A stretch of DNA of 64,000 nucleotides from Torpedo marmorata. Its lineage: Eukaryota. Every line of letters starts with the position of its first letter. Position 1 is the stretch's first letter. Below, one piece after another: positions 1 to 13,754 of this stretch. The position numbers and the translations under genes were made by a program. Location: positions 102,920,001-102,984,000 of the forward strand of contig OZ360229.1 of assembly GCA_977017645.1 (NCBI GenBank), in the 5' to 3' direction. The notes beneath the pieces were generated by a model. The model did not search any database, was not told the DNA's origin, and saw only the letters and a list, made by a program, of their open reading frames with translations.

Positions 1-37
1 ACAATAAATTGAATCTTGAATCTTGAATCTTGAATCT
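1..37 (+). mobile_element. 3' tail of a Rex1/Babar-type LINE that interrupts the BEL copy
   Basis: ACAATAAA followed by (TTGAATC)n, the same GACAATAAA plus short-repeat end seen on other Rex1-like LINEs in this window; abuts BEL gag sequence at 38. Confidence 0.6.
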
Positions 38-1955
38 TGTGACTCGATACCAATATGCTCTTGAAAGATTTGTCCTTGTATTTGCAAGTCTTGTATCCTT
101 GGTTCTAAAATATCTATCCTTTTGGTTGGTTTCTTTTCCTGTGACTCTTTTTTTAAATATGACCTTTTATTATCAGACACTTTAGATAATTTACTTCCAG
201 CACCAGATACCATTGAGCCTTCTATTGCTTTCTTTTTTGCCTTGGCAATAGTAATGTTTGCTTCCAGCTCCTGCTGTTCTTTTCTCTGCCTTAGCTGTTC
301 CTTATCTTGTATTAGCTGCTCCTTTAGCTGCTCCTCCTTTTGTCTTAGCTGCTCCTCCTTTTGTTCTAAAATATGTTTATCCTTAAGCATTTTTTGTTGT
401 GCAAGAAGAGCGGCCAAATCAACTTCAATCTTTGTATGTGACGATGCAGAACTTGAAGTACGAGAAACTCTGGAGCTCAAACCAGAACTTTGTTTGCTTC
501 TCCTGCTTTCAGCATTTGAGACACTGTCACTTGCTTGTATTTCGTCCTGCAGTTCATATGTTGTCTTCATACTTACCTCTTTCTCCAATTCGAATTGTAC
601 ATCCTTTGCATCTTCAACCTCTTCATTTTCTTCAACCTCTTCATTTGGTGACACAATTTCAGCCATTTCCACGTTATCTTCTTGTTCATCTAATGAAACT
701 GCCTCTTCTTCCTTTGCCAGCTTCAATCTTGTGATGAGAACCTTTTTACTTCCACTTATGTCCTTTTTCAATCGCTTCAATTCTTCTTTAATATCCGCAA
801 CCTTCATGTCTTCAATACGTTGGTCCTCAACAGCAACATCAGCGGTTGCTGCGTCAGCTGCTTATACATCAGTGGCTCCTGCATCAGAGGCTGCTGCGGC
901 CATTTTACTCGTCTTGTTCCACTGTCCTTCAAGCATACACAACACTAGCCAAATCAGTAGTCCCCAATGGACCAGCGGCAGCAATTCCAATCTGTGTTCT
1001 AACTTGCCAAAGATACACAGACGGAGTCCACAGACTTATGCCTACCACTTCAAATGACTGTAATGTGCTGCTATTTACAAACGAGTTTCAACCACAACAT
1101 CCGTCAATAATATCGCTGATTTTCCAAAAATGGTTTCTCCAACGTATTTATAGTACACTTTACTATAAGATTTGAAGCTTTAAATCCCTCTCTGGCTGTT
1201 ACTCATGGCAGATGGATGTGGATTACAAACTGCCCCCAACTCGAGGCATCTCCAAGATGGCCACCATTTTATTTTAAAAATCAGTCCAAAGCACAGAGAG
1301 ATTTTTCTATCTTCTTTCCTTCAATTTTCTGTTCCAAACAGCCTCTTTTATTGACTAATAATATAGTGACTTCGATCCAACAATAGTCACTTGGAGGCTA
1401 AGTGGGATACTTGTCTTTGACGCGTTTCAACCAATTTACCAACAAAGTCCAATATGTTCAAAAACTTTATTTACACATGCGACTTGCAGCAATCTTCAAT
1501 GACTTAAATATAAACAGTTCTTGATAACGATGTATAATGAGTTCCTTTAAACGATTCCTTTGACTGTATTTAGATGTTCAATTAAATGACTTTAAACCAT
1601 AATGAAACTAGTTTAAATGTTCAATGAAACGCTCAATGAAACGGTCAATAAAAGATATGGCGATCTCACTCACCCTCCTACGTCGCCATCTTTTTCCTAT
1701 TCTTCTTCCCGATTCGCGCATACTCAATGCGCCTATTCCACCGCGCACACTCCACCGCGCACACTACACCTCCCACACAACATTGCGCACATTGCCGTCA
1801 ATTCCAGATTGCGCATGCGCCCGTCAGCACTCCAGCGCATGCGCAGAGCACTAAACAAGCCGAGGACGGCCTACAAACACCACGACTTCTCCGTAACCCG
1901 TCGAGACATCGGAGCGCCGCGACCAAGGTAAGTAATTAAGCCTACGGCTCTTGCA
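38..1955 (-). mobile_element. BEL/Pao LTR retrotransposon, 5' part (5' LTR 1362-1955 plus gag N-terminus)
   Basis: Reverse complement of ~27134-29203. LTR begins TG at 1955. The minus frame from ATG at 807 reads MKVADIKEELKRLKKDISGSKKVLITRLKLA, then an acidic/coiled-coil Gag region. The + strand 311-aa ORF is its antisense shadow. Confidence 0.85.
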
Positions 1956-2729
1956 GCTAGTTTCAATGAGTAATTAGAACTGACTCTGACGTTAAATCCC
2001 CTTTGTATGTAAAAATAAATGGCAGGAGTCTGTTGCATTTGGGTTTAGTTTGCAATATTTCTCAGTTTACTATCTGTACAGGTAAATTGCTTCAATCAAG
2101 TCTATCTGTGTCAAAAGTAATTTGGAGACTTATTCCATACTCATGCACAGGGAATATTCGGCAGAACCATGACCATTTGGTGCAATGCACTCGTGATGTG
2201 AATATCAATTTTTCACTTCTGAAAGATTTCTAGAAAAGGTAAAATGTGGAAACTCCTTTTAAAAGGTCACTTACTACAAAAATAACTGGCAGCATTTTTA
2301 ATTTCCCCACAGCCCTCCCTAATCAAACCACCATCTCCTTCCAACCCACATGGGAGTATGTTGTAGAGGTGACTTTGCAGAAATTAGGGATTTGAATGTT
2401 TTCATTTTGAAAGCAATACTGCTTAATACAACATAAGTAAGAACAACCACATCCATTTCAGTTCAATTATTTGTGACAGGCAAATAAAATATATTATTTG
2501 AGATGCATCTACTTAAGTTGGATCTCATCAGAAGTGAAAAAGGTGCATGAGTCAGCATCTCAAACCAGCTCTGCCATTCTGTAGCATCATGGCTGATCTG
2601 ATCTTGGCCCAAGTCCTTGATTCTCCTAAATCTATTTCCTATAAACTTGAATATATCATGATTCAGGTTCCTGGAATGACCACCCTCCACTACACATTAA
2701 CAACTCAGTCAGTCACCTCTGTAGTATAG

Positions 2730-3440
2730 AGAGTGGAGAGCACTAAGTTCCTTGGAGTTCACTTAACTAGTGACCTATCGTGGACACTCAACATCTTCTC
2801 GCTTGTCAGGAAGGCGCAACAGCGACTGCACTTCCTGAGAAGACTGAAGCGGGCAAGGCTACCGGCCACCATTATGTCAACCTTCTATAGGAGCTCTGTT
2901 GAAAGCGTCCTGGCCGGCTGCATCACAGTGTGGTACAGTTGCTGCAGAGAAATGGATTGGAGGTCAATCCACAGGATCATAAGTGTGGCAGAGAGGATCA
3001 ATGGAGTCTCCCACCACCGCCCCCACCCCCTATCGATGTGATCAACCGAGATCGTTGTATGAAGAGGGCTTGCAAAATCATTGAGGACGCCTTCCACCCT
3101 GCACACAGCATCTTTCAGCTGCTCCCGTCGGGGAAGAGATACAGGAGTATCAGAGCCAGAACCACCAGGCTGAAGAACAGCTTCTTCCCACAGGCGGTGA
3201 GAATGCTGAACGACCAAAGGAACTGCTCACACTAAACATCCGAGACTCTCACTTGCACAAAACAATATTTATTTATTTATTTTTATCAATATAACACTTG
3301 TCCTGCATCTGTATTATTTGTCTGTATGTGTGTTATGTCTGGTTGTGTATCTGCATGATTTTGCACCGAGGACCAGAGAACGCTGTTTTGTCGGGTTGTA
3401 CTTGTACAGTCAGATGACAATAAACTTGACTTGACTTGAC
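2730..3440 (+). mobile_element. Rex1/Babar-type LINE, 5'-truncated RT C-terminus and 3' UTR
   Basis: ORFs KFLGVHLTSDLSW..KAQQRLHFLRRLK..ESVLAGCITVWY and HPAHSIFQLLPSGKRYRS..RLKNSFFPQAVR; ends GACAATAAA(CTTGA)n. Confidence 0.85.
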
Positions 3441-4445
3441 TCCCTGAGGTCCAGAATTTCAGAGATTCACAATCCAGTGAGAGAAGAATTCCTTCCGTTT
3501 CCATCCTAAAATGGGGGCCTTTTATCCTACTATTAAATATCTCGTTCAGATGAAGCATTTCTTTATCATTATGGATGCTGAAGATTAATTTTTCCAAAGA
3601 ACAGGTGGGTACTCAGGTTGTCCGGCTTTGTTAAAGGGTCCATTCCGGAAATGTTGAACAACCATTTCTACCCATGGATACAGTCTGACCCGTTGAATTC
3701 CTCCAGCAATTCCTTACTTGCTGACAATTCCAGCATCTTTGTCTTTGTGTTCCTCTATTGCCTGGAAATTTACTAGATGAACATGGCTAGCACTGAGTGT
3801 GAGTTCATGTTCTCCAGGATTGACATCAACTCACATATTTATCCAGACTGAGAATGAAAAAAATCAACGTAATTAGTTATTGCAATATTAACTTGGACTT
3901 TCACTAGAATCAGTGGAAGTGGTTTGAATAGGAGGGTTATTACAGTTTACAGCTCTTTAGCACCTTCATTATTACACAATACTGTAATAAATTGAGGATC
4001 TAACCTTCTAGTAATTGGGGAAAAAATTATATATTTTTAAATTTTTGTTTATTATGCATTATGACAATATGGTAACAAGATATGCTTGGTAAAAGGGTAC
4101 AAAGGAAATAGCGTACATTCATTGTGATAATCAAATACAAAATGTGTTTTCAGAATTGCACCATTGCATGGTGGTGTAAGAGCTTGTTCCATAAACAGCA
4201 CATTAGAATGTAAGAACTTTAGAAATAGTAGGGGCAGGCCATTCGGTCTCCAGAATTGACCCATCTTTGACTAAATTCAGAGATTACCTTTTACCTTAGC
4301 AGCACTTTCCAGCACTCGTCCCTTGATATCTTAATCACTTCCCTAATTATTGTTGGATGCAACTATATTGGTTTAAAAATGACTGAATATCAACTTTATC
4401 TCTAATATTTATGCTTGAGGTCAAAACCCTTTTATAACTATATTT

Positions 4446-4686
4446 TTTAGATGTACAGCACGGTAACAGACACTTCTGGCCTACGAGCCCGTGCCGCCCA
4501 ATTACACCCAATTGACCTACAACCCTCATACATTTTGAAGGGTGGGAGGAAACCGGAGTGCCTGGAGGAAACCAATGCAGACATGGGGAGAACGTACAAA
4601 CTCCTTACAGACAGCGCAGGATTCTAACCCGGGTCGCTAGCGCTGTAACAGCGTTGCGCTAACCGCTCCGCTAACCGTGCCACCCT
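4446..4686 (-). mobile_element. tRNA-derived SINE (HE1-like)
   Basis: Reverse complement of the SINE at 10710/14905; tRNA-like head with A and B boxes, CR1-like tail. Confidence 0.8.
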
Positions 4687-7225
4687 ACGCTCACCATGCC
4701 TTATTTCATTCTTTTTTACATCCACATCTCCTTTAGACTTCCCCCTCTTACATTAAATGCAGGGGAAATGTGTTGCAAGTTGATGCTTATTAATGTTTCC
4801 CAATAGCCTAAGCATATTCAGGGCACATGTTGCTACCTGTAAACAAAACCCACTGAGATAACCTGAGGGATTACAGTGAAGTAGCCAAACTTCCTATTTA
4901 AAAGAAATGCTAGTTCATAAATTGAGTTCCCTTACATGTCATGGTGATTTATGAATTCTTGATCAATGAATTAAGGATCAAAGCTATTAGACCACAGCAA
5001 CAAGTTCAATTCATAATGAATTTTTTGAAATAGGAAGAAATGAATTTGTTTTTTCTCTGTTCCTCCAAGTTCAATGCATGAATTGTCTTGAGTCATCAAT
5101 TTCAAGACTCAGCATGAATTGGAACAAAGAAAAATTAAATCTGCCTTCCAGTTGTCACTTCAGTTGGATTCTGTTCATCTTCGGTGCTAGAGTATGTCAG
5201 ACCTATATCAAAATTACGTGGTGTTGATTTTATTGCTCCAACTATTCTTCCTCCATCATTGAGTTTTTTGCCTTAGCAATGGGTGAACTTTAACATTGCC
5301 TCAACCCTGAATGACCAGGGCGGATGTCAATAATCATTACTATTATATTAGCTTTAGTTTAGTCACACTAGTGGTCAGATTTATAGTCTTTGCTTGATGG
5401 AAGTGAGTCTTATTTCACTGCCTGGCTGGACCACTGCTGGCTGTGAACTGATGTTCTGCTCTTGCTGACACGTTGACATTGTCAATATGGCTCTTTTAGT
5501 TTATTGTGGTGCTTTGGATATTTCTCATGCAATGAGCAAAAATGTCCGGGACTGCATTATTAACTGCCAGTGAGGAACTGATGGCTTCCTGGTAAATTCT
5601 GAGCATGTGTGGGAGAATGGCATTGGTCATGGTGAAAGCAAAAACAACATGGAGCCAGGAACAGTGTGGCATTAGTGGTGCAGCTGGCAGGGAAATGAGG
5701 AGGGCATTGGGCAGAAGGGCTAATTTTCTTGATGGAAGTTTAGAGGTAATTTCCTCTTTGGTATGCATTTGGACATTATCATCCAGCTGCATTGTGGTCC
5801 ATTAACTACGGACCTTCATCAGGATGAAGTGTTCTGGTCCATAATGTTGACCATTCTTTTTCTCCCATTGATACTCCTTGACACGCTGAGTTCCTCCAGC
5901 AGATTGTGTTGAGGAAGGATAGTGGAGCTGAACCCAAGGTCAGGCTAACCATATTCTCATTGAATAGTGGAGCAAGATCAAGGAAGTGTATGGATTATTA
6001 CTGCTCTTCTTTCTTGGATCCTTTGGCTTGCATCAAACTTAAAAGGGCAGCACATTTACAACAGGTGCTGAATCTTTTGTGTGAATTCTCCAAACTACTT
6101 CCATGCTGAATTCCACGAGGAATCCAGTGTTGGAGCACAATTGGACCAACAGCAGTGAACAGCTGGTCACGACTTTGGGTTCTCCATAGGCACAGGCATA
6201 TTTGCAAAAATCCCAGAGGTACTGACACTTAGAGGAAGAAATATCAGCAGTTTCCTGCAAAATCTGAGTTTGCACATTGTGTTCTGTGAACTGTGTGAAT
6301 TTGAGGTTTATTTTTATACACTAAGTACCTGATTAGAGCGCTGGTGAATTTGGGAGGCAATGACCTTTTCCAGCAAATGCCCATTTACAAAGCAACAAAT
6401 GAAAACAGAATTCATTCCCACTTAAAATGCCCTTACATTTCGGACTCTCCTCTCAGGCAGCTAAAGTATCAATCTGCCCCATTTAAAAGGCATAATTTTT
6501 ATTGCTGTCTACATTGGAATAGAAAGCACTGTTTAGAAAGGGGAATACACTGAAAGGCCTCCCTTAAAGCTAACGAAAAGCAAACAAGCTATGGCATTGT
6601 AGTAATCTTCGCCTGGCATGTAAGGTCATTGAACAGGCTGACAATAGCCTTTTCTCGATTTGAATGTGCCTCTTAACTCCGCAACAGAGATCGAGAGAGT
6701 TTGTGTGTGGGAAGGAGAGCAGCTGGAGATTGATTACACAGGGCCATTTATTAATGCACTCAACATCCAACAGGAAGACGTGGAATCTCTTTCAAATGCA
6801 AAGGAGAGGAAAAAAAGTCACTTTGTAATAAGATAGGGAGTTGCCATTTTTGAATAAATTTGTACTTTATTGCTGCAATGCAGTAAGTGGTTGCCTTTTG
6901 AAACATTATTTGTTGACTGCATCCCAATTGATGGGGTGAGATTTTTTTTTTGACATCACATGTTAATTGATTATTTTTAGTCCATACGTTACAGCAAATA
7001 GAGTGAAATGGATCATATAAAGGAGCTTGGATTTTGAACTAACTTTAAAATAATGAGGAAGTACCGGTACATCAGCCGTTACTGTATGGAGGATTTGAGT
7101 ACAGGAGTGGATACATCTTGCTCGACTTATATAGGGCTCTGATGAAAATGCATCTGAACTATTATCCCTCCTTACTTCAGAGAGGATGCAGCAACATATA
7201 AATAGATTGGTTCATGGAGAATGGT

Positions 7226-9930
7226 AGAGCCATAGAACCATAGAACATTACAGCACAGAAACAGGCCCCTTAGGCCCTTCTAGTCGGTGCCTTGTCCCAC
7301 TGGCCTGCACCCAGTCCATAGCCCTCCATATCCCTCCCATTCATGTACCTGCCCAAATTCTTCTTAAGTGTTAAAATTGAGCCCGCATTCACCACTTCAG
7401 CTGGCAGCTCGTTCCACACTCCCACTACTCTCTGTGTGAAGACGTTCCCCCTCATGTTCCCCCTAAACTTTTCCCCTCTCACCCTTAACCCATGTTCTCT
7501 GGTTTGTATCTCACCTACCCTTAGTGGAAAAAGCCTACCTACATTTATTCTGTCTATCCCCCTCATAATTTTAAATACCTCTATCAAATCTCCCCTCATT
7601 CTTCTATGCTCACTGGAATAAAGTTCTAACCTGTTTAACCTTTCCCTGTAACTCAGTTCCTGAAAGTCTGGGCAACATCCTAGTAAATCTTCTCTGCACT
7701 CTTTCTGTCTTATTGATATCTTTCCTGTAGTTAGGTGATCAAAACTGCACACAATACTCCAAATTTAGCCTCACCAATGTCTTATACAACTTTACCATAA
7801 CATCCAAACTCCTATTCTCAATACTTTGATTTATGAAGGCCAATATGCCAAAAGCTCTCTTTACAACCCTATCCACCTGTGACGTCACTTTCAAGGAATT
7901 ATGTATCTGTATTCCCAGATCCCTCTGTTCTACCGCACTCCTCAGTGCCCTACCATTTACCGTGTATGTCCTACCTTGGTTTGTCCTTCCAAAATGCAAC
8001 ACCTCACACTTGTCTGCATTAAATTCCATCTGCCATTTTTCAGCCCATTTTTCCAGCTGGTCCAGATCTCTCTGCAAGCTTTGAAAACCTTCTTTGTTTT
8101 CCACTACACCTCCAATATTAGTGTCACCTGCAAACTTGCTGATCCAATTTACCACATTATCATCCAGATCATTGATATAGATTACAAACAACAATGGTCC
8201 CAGCACTAATCCCTGAGGCACACCACTAGTCACAGGCCTCCAGTCTGAGAAGCAATCATCCACCACTACTCTCTGGCTTCTCCCGTTCAGCCATTGTCGA
8301 ATCCAGTTCACTACTTCACCATGAATACCTAGCATCTGAACCTTCCTGACTAACCTCCCATGTGGGACCTTGTCAAAGGCCTTACTAAAGTCCATGTAGA
8401 CAACATCCACATCTTTGAAGGTCTTCCACTTACCTCGCACATCCTTGCCTTTCCTTCGTTAACTTTCCTGGTAACCTCCTCGTAAAACTCTATAAGATTG
8501 GTTAAACAAGACCTACCACGCACAAAGCCATGTTGACTATCTCTAATCAGTCCCTGGCCATCCAAATAATTGTCTATCCGATCTCTTAGAACACCTTCGA
8601 ATAATTTATCTACTACTGACATCAGGCTCACTGGCCTATAATTTCCAGGGTTACTTTTGGAACCTTTTTTAAACAACGGAACAACGTGAGCTACCCTCCA
8701 ATCCTCCGGCACCATACCTGTGGCTAAGGACATTTTAAATATTTCTGCCAGAGCCCCTGCAATTTCTACACTAGCCTCCCTCAAGGTCCATGGGAATATC
8801 TTGTCAGGCCCTGGGGATTTATCCACACTTATTTGCTTTAAGACAGCAAACACCTCCTCCTCTTTAATCTGTATAGGTTCTATGACCTCACTGCTTGTTT
8901 TCCTTACTTCCCACGACCCTGTGCCTGTTTCTTGAGTGAATACTGATGAAAAACAAACCATTTAAGATCTCCCCCATCTCTTTTTGCTCCATTCAATGAT
9001 GACCACTCTGATCTTCAAGGGGACCAATTTTGTCCCTTATTATCCTTTTGCTCTTAGTATATGTGTAGAAACCCTTAGGATTTTCCTTCACGTTGTCTGC
9101 CAAAATAACCTCATGTCTTCTTTTAGCCTTCCTTATTTCCTTCTTGAGATTTTTCTTGCATTTTTATACTTCTAAAGTACCTCATTTGCTCCATGTTGCC
9201 TATACCTGTTATACACCTCTCTCTTCTTCCGAACCAGATCCCCAATATCCCTCGAAAACCAAGGTTCCCTATGCCTTCTAACCTTGCCTTTAATCCTGAC
9301 AGGAACATACAAACTCTGTACTCTTAAAATTTCACCTTTGAAGGTCTTCCACTTACCTCGCACATCCTTGCCCGAAAACAACTTATCCCAATCCACACAT
9401 TCTAGATCCTTTCTCATTTCCTCAAAATTGGCCTTTCTCCAATTTAGAATCTCAACCCGAAGCCCAGACCTATCCTTCTCCATTATTAGCTTGAAACTAA
9501 TAGCATGATGATCACTGGACCCAAAATGCTCCCCTACACATTCTCTGTCACCTGTTCTGTCTCATTCCCTAATAGGAGTCCAGTATTGCACTCTCTCTAG
9601 TTGATTTAGAAAACTTTCCTGAACACATTTGACAAACTCCAAGCCATCCAGCCCTTTTATAGTATGGGAGTCCTAGTCAATATGTAGAAAATTAAAATCT
9701 CCTACTATCACAACGTTATGTTTCTTGTAGCTGTCTGCTATCTCTCTTCAGATTTGCTCCTCCAATTCTCGTTGACTATTGGGTGGTCTATAATACAACC
9801 CCAAGAGTGTGGTCATACCTTTGCTGTTCCTCAGCTCCACCCATATAGCTTCAGTAGATGAGCCCTCTCGTCTGTCCTGCCATGAGCACAGCTGTGATAT
9901 TTTCCCTGATGAGCAATGCCACTGCTCCCC
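7226..9930 (-). mobile_element. CR1 LINE, 5'-truncated ORF2 (partial endonuclease plus RT), degenerate
   Basis: Minus ORFs with YYRPPNS, KSPGPD, NYRPVSL, YMDFSKAFDKVPH, SGVPQG, FAGDT (degenerate FADD), LEYCVQF; 8-bp (CATAGAAC)n tail at the left end. Confidence 0.93.
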
Positions 9931-9974
9931 CTGATGAGAAATGCCACTGCTCCCTACCTTCCGGGAGTGGCCGT

Positions 9975-10240
9975 TCACACAGGAACGACCAAAACTCCAA
10001 ATATCCGTATCACACTGCGAGTTTAGATAGAATACCTGAAGTGCGGTATTTACATCGTATTCATTAGCCCGTTGCTGCGGATCTCCTGCAGTTCAGTTTA
10101 GACTGCAGGTGATCCATAAAAATATCTAGGGGTCGAGGAGGTAAAATTTCAGAATGGGAATTCCCGTTACGATCTTTTTACACAGACTGCATTCCGAAAA
10201 ATTGGGAATAATTTCCCAGAACGCAGCAGCTGTGTAAAAA
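9975..10240. mobile_element. Possible Harbinger-like MITE remnant
   Basis: Starts GGCCGTTCACACAG and ends CTGTGTAAAAAAC (imperfect inverted termini resembling those of the 45044 element). Confidence 0.3.
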
Positions 10241-10709
10241 ACATAACTGTTTCAAAGTAATGAGTTAGTTATTTAGGACCAAGTTGAGCAGGAATTTCTT
10301 CAACCAAAGAGGACTGAATCTTTGGGAAAGAGGGCATTTGTGGAATATATTCAACACAAAATTTGATAGATTTTGAGATAAGGAATCAGGCAATAAGGGA
10401 ATTGGTGCATGTAATTGGCAATGAAGTAGAAGTTTATCTGTGGTTTTATTGGATGGTGGGGAAGGCTCAAAGACCCTAACGACCTACTCATACATCTATT
10501 TCTTACGTTCTCTTCTTTAGTAGCAGAGAAGACATTCTTACTTTCCAGACCGGAGTTGTTTACCATGTCTGTTTTGCTTGGTGCTGGTTTTCAAATACTT
10601 CAGTCCAGTATCTTATATGAATAGATCCTTTTGGGGCAGATGTTGCTGTGCTCCAGTGCCTCCAGTGTAAGACTTTAATACATTTCAAAAGAGTGGTCAC
10701 GTTAGTCAT

Positions 10710-10962
10710 GGGGCGGCACGGTTGGCGTAGTGGTTAGCGCAACGCCTTTACAGCGCCAGCGATCGAGACCAGGGTTCGAATCCTGCGCTGTCTGTAAGGA
10801 GATTATATGTTCTCCCCGTGTCTGTGTGGGTTTTCCCTGGGGGCTCCAGTTTCCTCCCACCATTCGAAACGTACTGGGGGTGTAGGTCAATTGGGTGTAA
10901 ATTGGGCGGCACAGACTCGTGGGCCGAAATGGCCTGTTACTGTGCTGTATGTCTAAATTTAA
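10710..10962 (+). mobile_element. tRNA-derived SINE (HE1-like)
   Basis: Head GGGCGGCACGGTTGGCGTAGTGG, B box GGTTCGAATCC, tail GGGCCGAAATGGCCTGTTACTGTGCTGTATGTCT. Confidence 0.85.
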
Positions 10963-11156
10963 ATAAAACTAAGTTGGACTAAGAAGAAGCCATCTTCAAT
11001 CTTCATGCTGACTTGGCTCTTGATGTAGGGTTCTGGCCGAAAATGTTCCTTCAGCAGATTGTTTGTGCTTCAGTCTTCACTACATTTGTGCAGTTTCCAT
11101 TCTTCATGCTCTTCCCTCCTCAACTCCCTCAGTGTCTGTTCTTCTAAAGAATTCCT

Positions 11157-11460
11157 TATTAGTAAGGGATTGCTTAAGGTGGTATGTGAGTGGAAAGAAA
11201 AAGTTTGAAAACCACTGTTTTAATCGTACCTAATTGACTCGTTATGTGCATGGTTTCATAACTCCAAATGAAATGGGCCAATGACAATTTTTTTCAAGCA
11301 AAATATTTCAGTAACAATTGGGTCTAGAGCAGTGGTTCTCAACCTTCCCTTCCCACTCACATACCACCTTAAGCAATCCCTTACTAATCACAGAGCACTT
11401 ATGGCAAAGGGATTGCTTAAGGTGGAATGTGAGTTTTGGGGGGCAGTTTGAAAACCATTG
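11157..11460. mobile_element. Non-autonomous hAT/Charlie-like MITE pieces
   Basis: CAGTGGTTCTCAAC...TTGAAAACCA(C/T)TG termini, preceded by TCTAGAG; internal palindromic GGGATTGCTTAAGGTGG / CCACCTTAAGCAATCCC motifs. Confidence 0.6.
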
Positions 11461-12318
11461 CCTTACACCTATGACTGTGTAGCTCGGTACGACAATAACA
11501 CCATCTCCAAATTTACCGACGATACCATGGTAGTAGGTTGTATAAAGGAAGGGGATGAGTCAGCATACAGGATGGAGATTGAAAACCTGGCTGAATGGTG
11601 CACCAACAACAACCTTGCACTCAATGTCACCAAAACTAAGGAGCTGATTGTTGACTTCAGGAAAGGAAAGCCAGAGGTATACAATCCAGTGATCATTGGG
11701 GGATCAGGGGTGGAGAGGGTGAGCAAATTTAGGTTCTTAGGAGTCACTATCTCGGATGACTTTTCCTGGACCCAACACACCAATGGCATTGTGAACAAAG
11801 CACGTCAGTGCCTCTACTTCCTTAGGAGTTTGCGAAGGTTTGTTATGACTTCAGAAACCCTGGAAAATTTCTACCGATGTGTGGTGGAAAGTGTGCTGAC
11901 CGGCTGCATCACGGTCTGGTATGGAAACACCAATACCCCTGAGTGTAAAGCCCTTCAAAAGGTAGTGGACACAGCCCAGGACATCACAGACAAAACCCTC
12001 CCCACTATTGAGTACATCTACAGGGAACGCTGCCGTCGGAGGGCAGCACCAATCATCAAAGACCCACACCACCCAGTACACACTCTGTTCTCGCTGCTGC
12101 CATCAGGAAAGGGGTATAGGTGCCACAAGACTCGCACCACCAGGTTTAGGAACAGCTAGTACCCCTCTACCATCAGAATCCTCAATGACAAAGTCAATCA
12201 GAGACTCATTTAAGGACTTTTACTTGTGCACTTTATTGATTTTCTTTGCTCTCCCTGTATTGCACAGTCAGTTTGTTTACATTCATTATCTGTTTACAGT
12301 TCTTTTGATTGTTTACAT

Positions 12319-12984
12319 TGTTATGGACCATGACTGACCATTTGGACTGCGGACGGTCAGCAGGAAGGATGAAGTCTTTTGGAGTACACACTGGGACCAG
12401 GCACTGAAAGGCTGTGCTCAGAGAGAGAGACAGAGAGAGAGAGAGACAGGCTGTGGAAAGATACTTTGTTGCACTTTTGCAAAAGCAGGTGCAAACCTCT
12501 GCAAAAAGCATTCAGATTCAGTTTGGAGTTGCAAGAGGCTGGAAGAACACAGCCAAAATCCAGGCTTGTGCATCCCAGGGGAAGAGGCTGGTAGAATAGC
12601 ACATGGCCTCCTGTATCAGCAAAATCCTGAGTTAAAACAACTTTCGTGAAGAACAGGCGTGAGATCAGCGAGACAGGCTGTGAGATCCAAGTATACACCT
12701 CAATCAAAACTGATTTGGAGTCGCAATCCTCGTGTATCTACCATCAGAGAAGAAAAGCAGGCCAAGCATTCGTAAGCATAAACAGTCATTGTCTCTCTCT
12801 CTCCAACGTTCATTAAGAAGTCCTTCGTGCCAGCACACAGAGCTGAATTTGGACCCTGAACATAGAGAGTGATTTTTGTGGACTGTATTTTTGGGACTGA
12901 CTTATTTTTATGACTGACCTGGGGGTTTTGGGAAAGTTTTCCATTTTTACATGAGGGTTGGGCACAGACTGTAATGGTCTGGGC

Positions 12985-13042
<58 letters not shown>

Positions 13043-13186
13043 TTAGATAAGAATAGTGTTTATAGATGTTTATAGTGGGGTTAATTGTTAAGAAATTATA
13101 TGTTTAATTGTCTTTAATAAATATAAATTTCAATTTTACCCCTTTTGCATTGCGTCTTCTGTCGTTGCTGGTTTGAATTTGTAACA
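12319..13186 (+). mobile_element. Solo LTR (Gypsy-type, 4-bp TSD)
   Basis: TGTTA...TAACA termini; TSD ACAT at 12315-12318 and 13187-13190; AATAAA; homologous to 31018-31910. Confidence 0.9.
12988..13039. repeat. (CA)n microsatellite inside the solo LTR
   Basis: About 26 CA units; the homologous position in the 31018 copy is much shorter. Confidence 0.95.
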
Positions 13187-13754
13187 ACATGTTTACGCTG
13201 TGTACAGTTTATTTTTTGCACTATCAATTAGTGGTAATTCTGCCACGCCTGCAGGAAAAAGGAATCTCAGGGTTGTATGTGATGTCATGTATGTACTCTG
13301 ACAATAAATCTAAATCTGAAAATCTGAATTGATTGCAACCCTGTGGTTATCTAATATCTGGCTCTGATGGTGAGATTAAGTGTACTGAAGTGAATGCAAT
13401 CATTGAAAAAGAGGATTCCTTCAATTTAGGAGAGCAGCTGAATCATTCTTTTAATCACAACTGGTTGATGTATTATAAACAGGATATTAATTGTCACATC
13501 AATAATTTTCATGTGGTGATGCATTAGCATCAGATTCTTGGAAATCCTTAAAAATATTGAGCTTCTGATAAAGAGAGCTCAAAGTATCCTTCATCCTCCT
13601 ATGTAAGGAACATGCATTAAATATTTATACATGTACTACATTTGATTCTAATCACTGCATACTGAATACAATGTACATTTGAGCAAAATAATTTAAGGTT
13701 AACGTGTCCTTTGTTCTTCATGTCATGTAGCAAATATTCAATAAAAGCATTATA

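Larger units (their letters stand above)
11461..13328 (+). mobile_element. Rex1/Babar-type LINE, 5'-truncated, with a solo LTR in its 3' UTR
   Basis: ORF 11458-12159 YTYDC..KFTDDT..LNVTKTKELIVDFRK..CITVWYG; the 3' UTR resumes at 13191 and ends GACAATAAA plus TCTGAA-type repeats. Confidence 0.88.

Noticed and set aside
122-1057. 311-aa Ser/Cys-rich + strand ORF
   Set aside because: Antisense shadow of the BEL gag coiled-coil region; mirrored by ORF 28499-29131 (-).
10710-10800. tRNA genes at SINE heads
   Set aside because: A and B boxes are present, but each continues into a SINE body and none forms a complete cloverleaf.
12700-13037. ORFs beginning MCVCVCV
   Set aside because: Artefact of the (CA)n microsatellite in a solo LTR.
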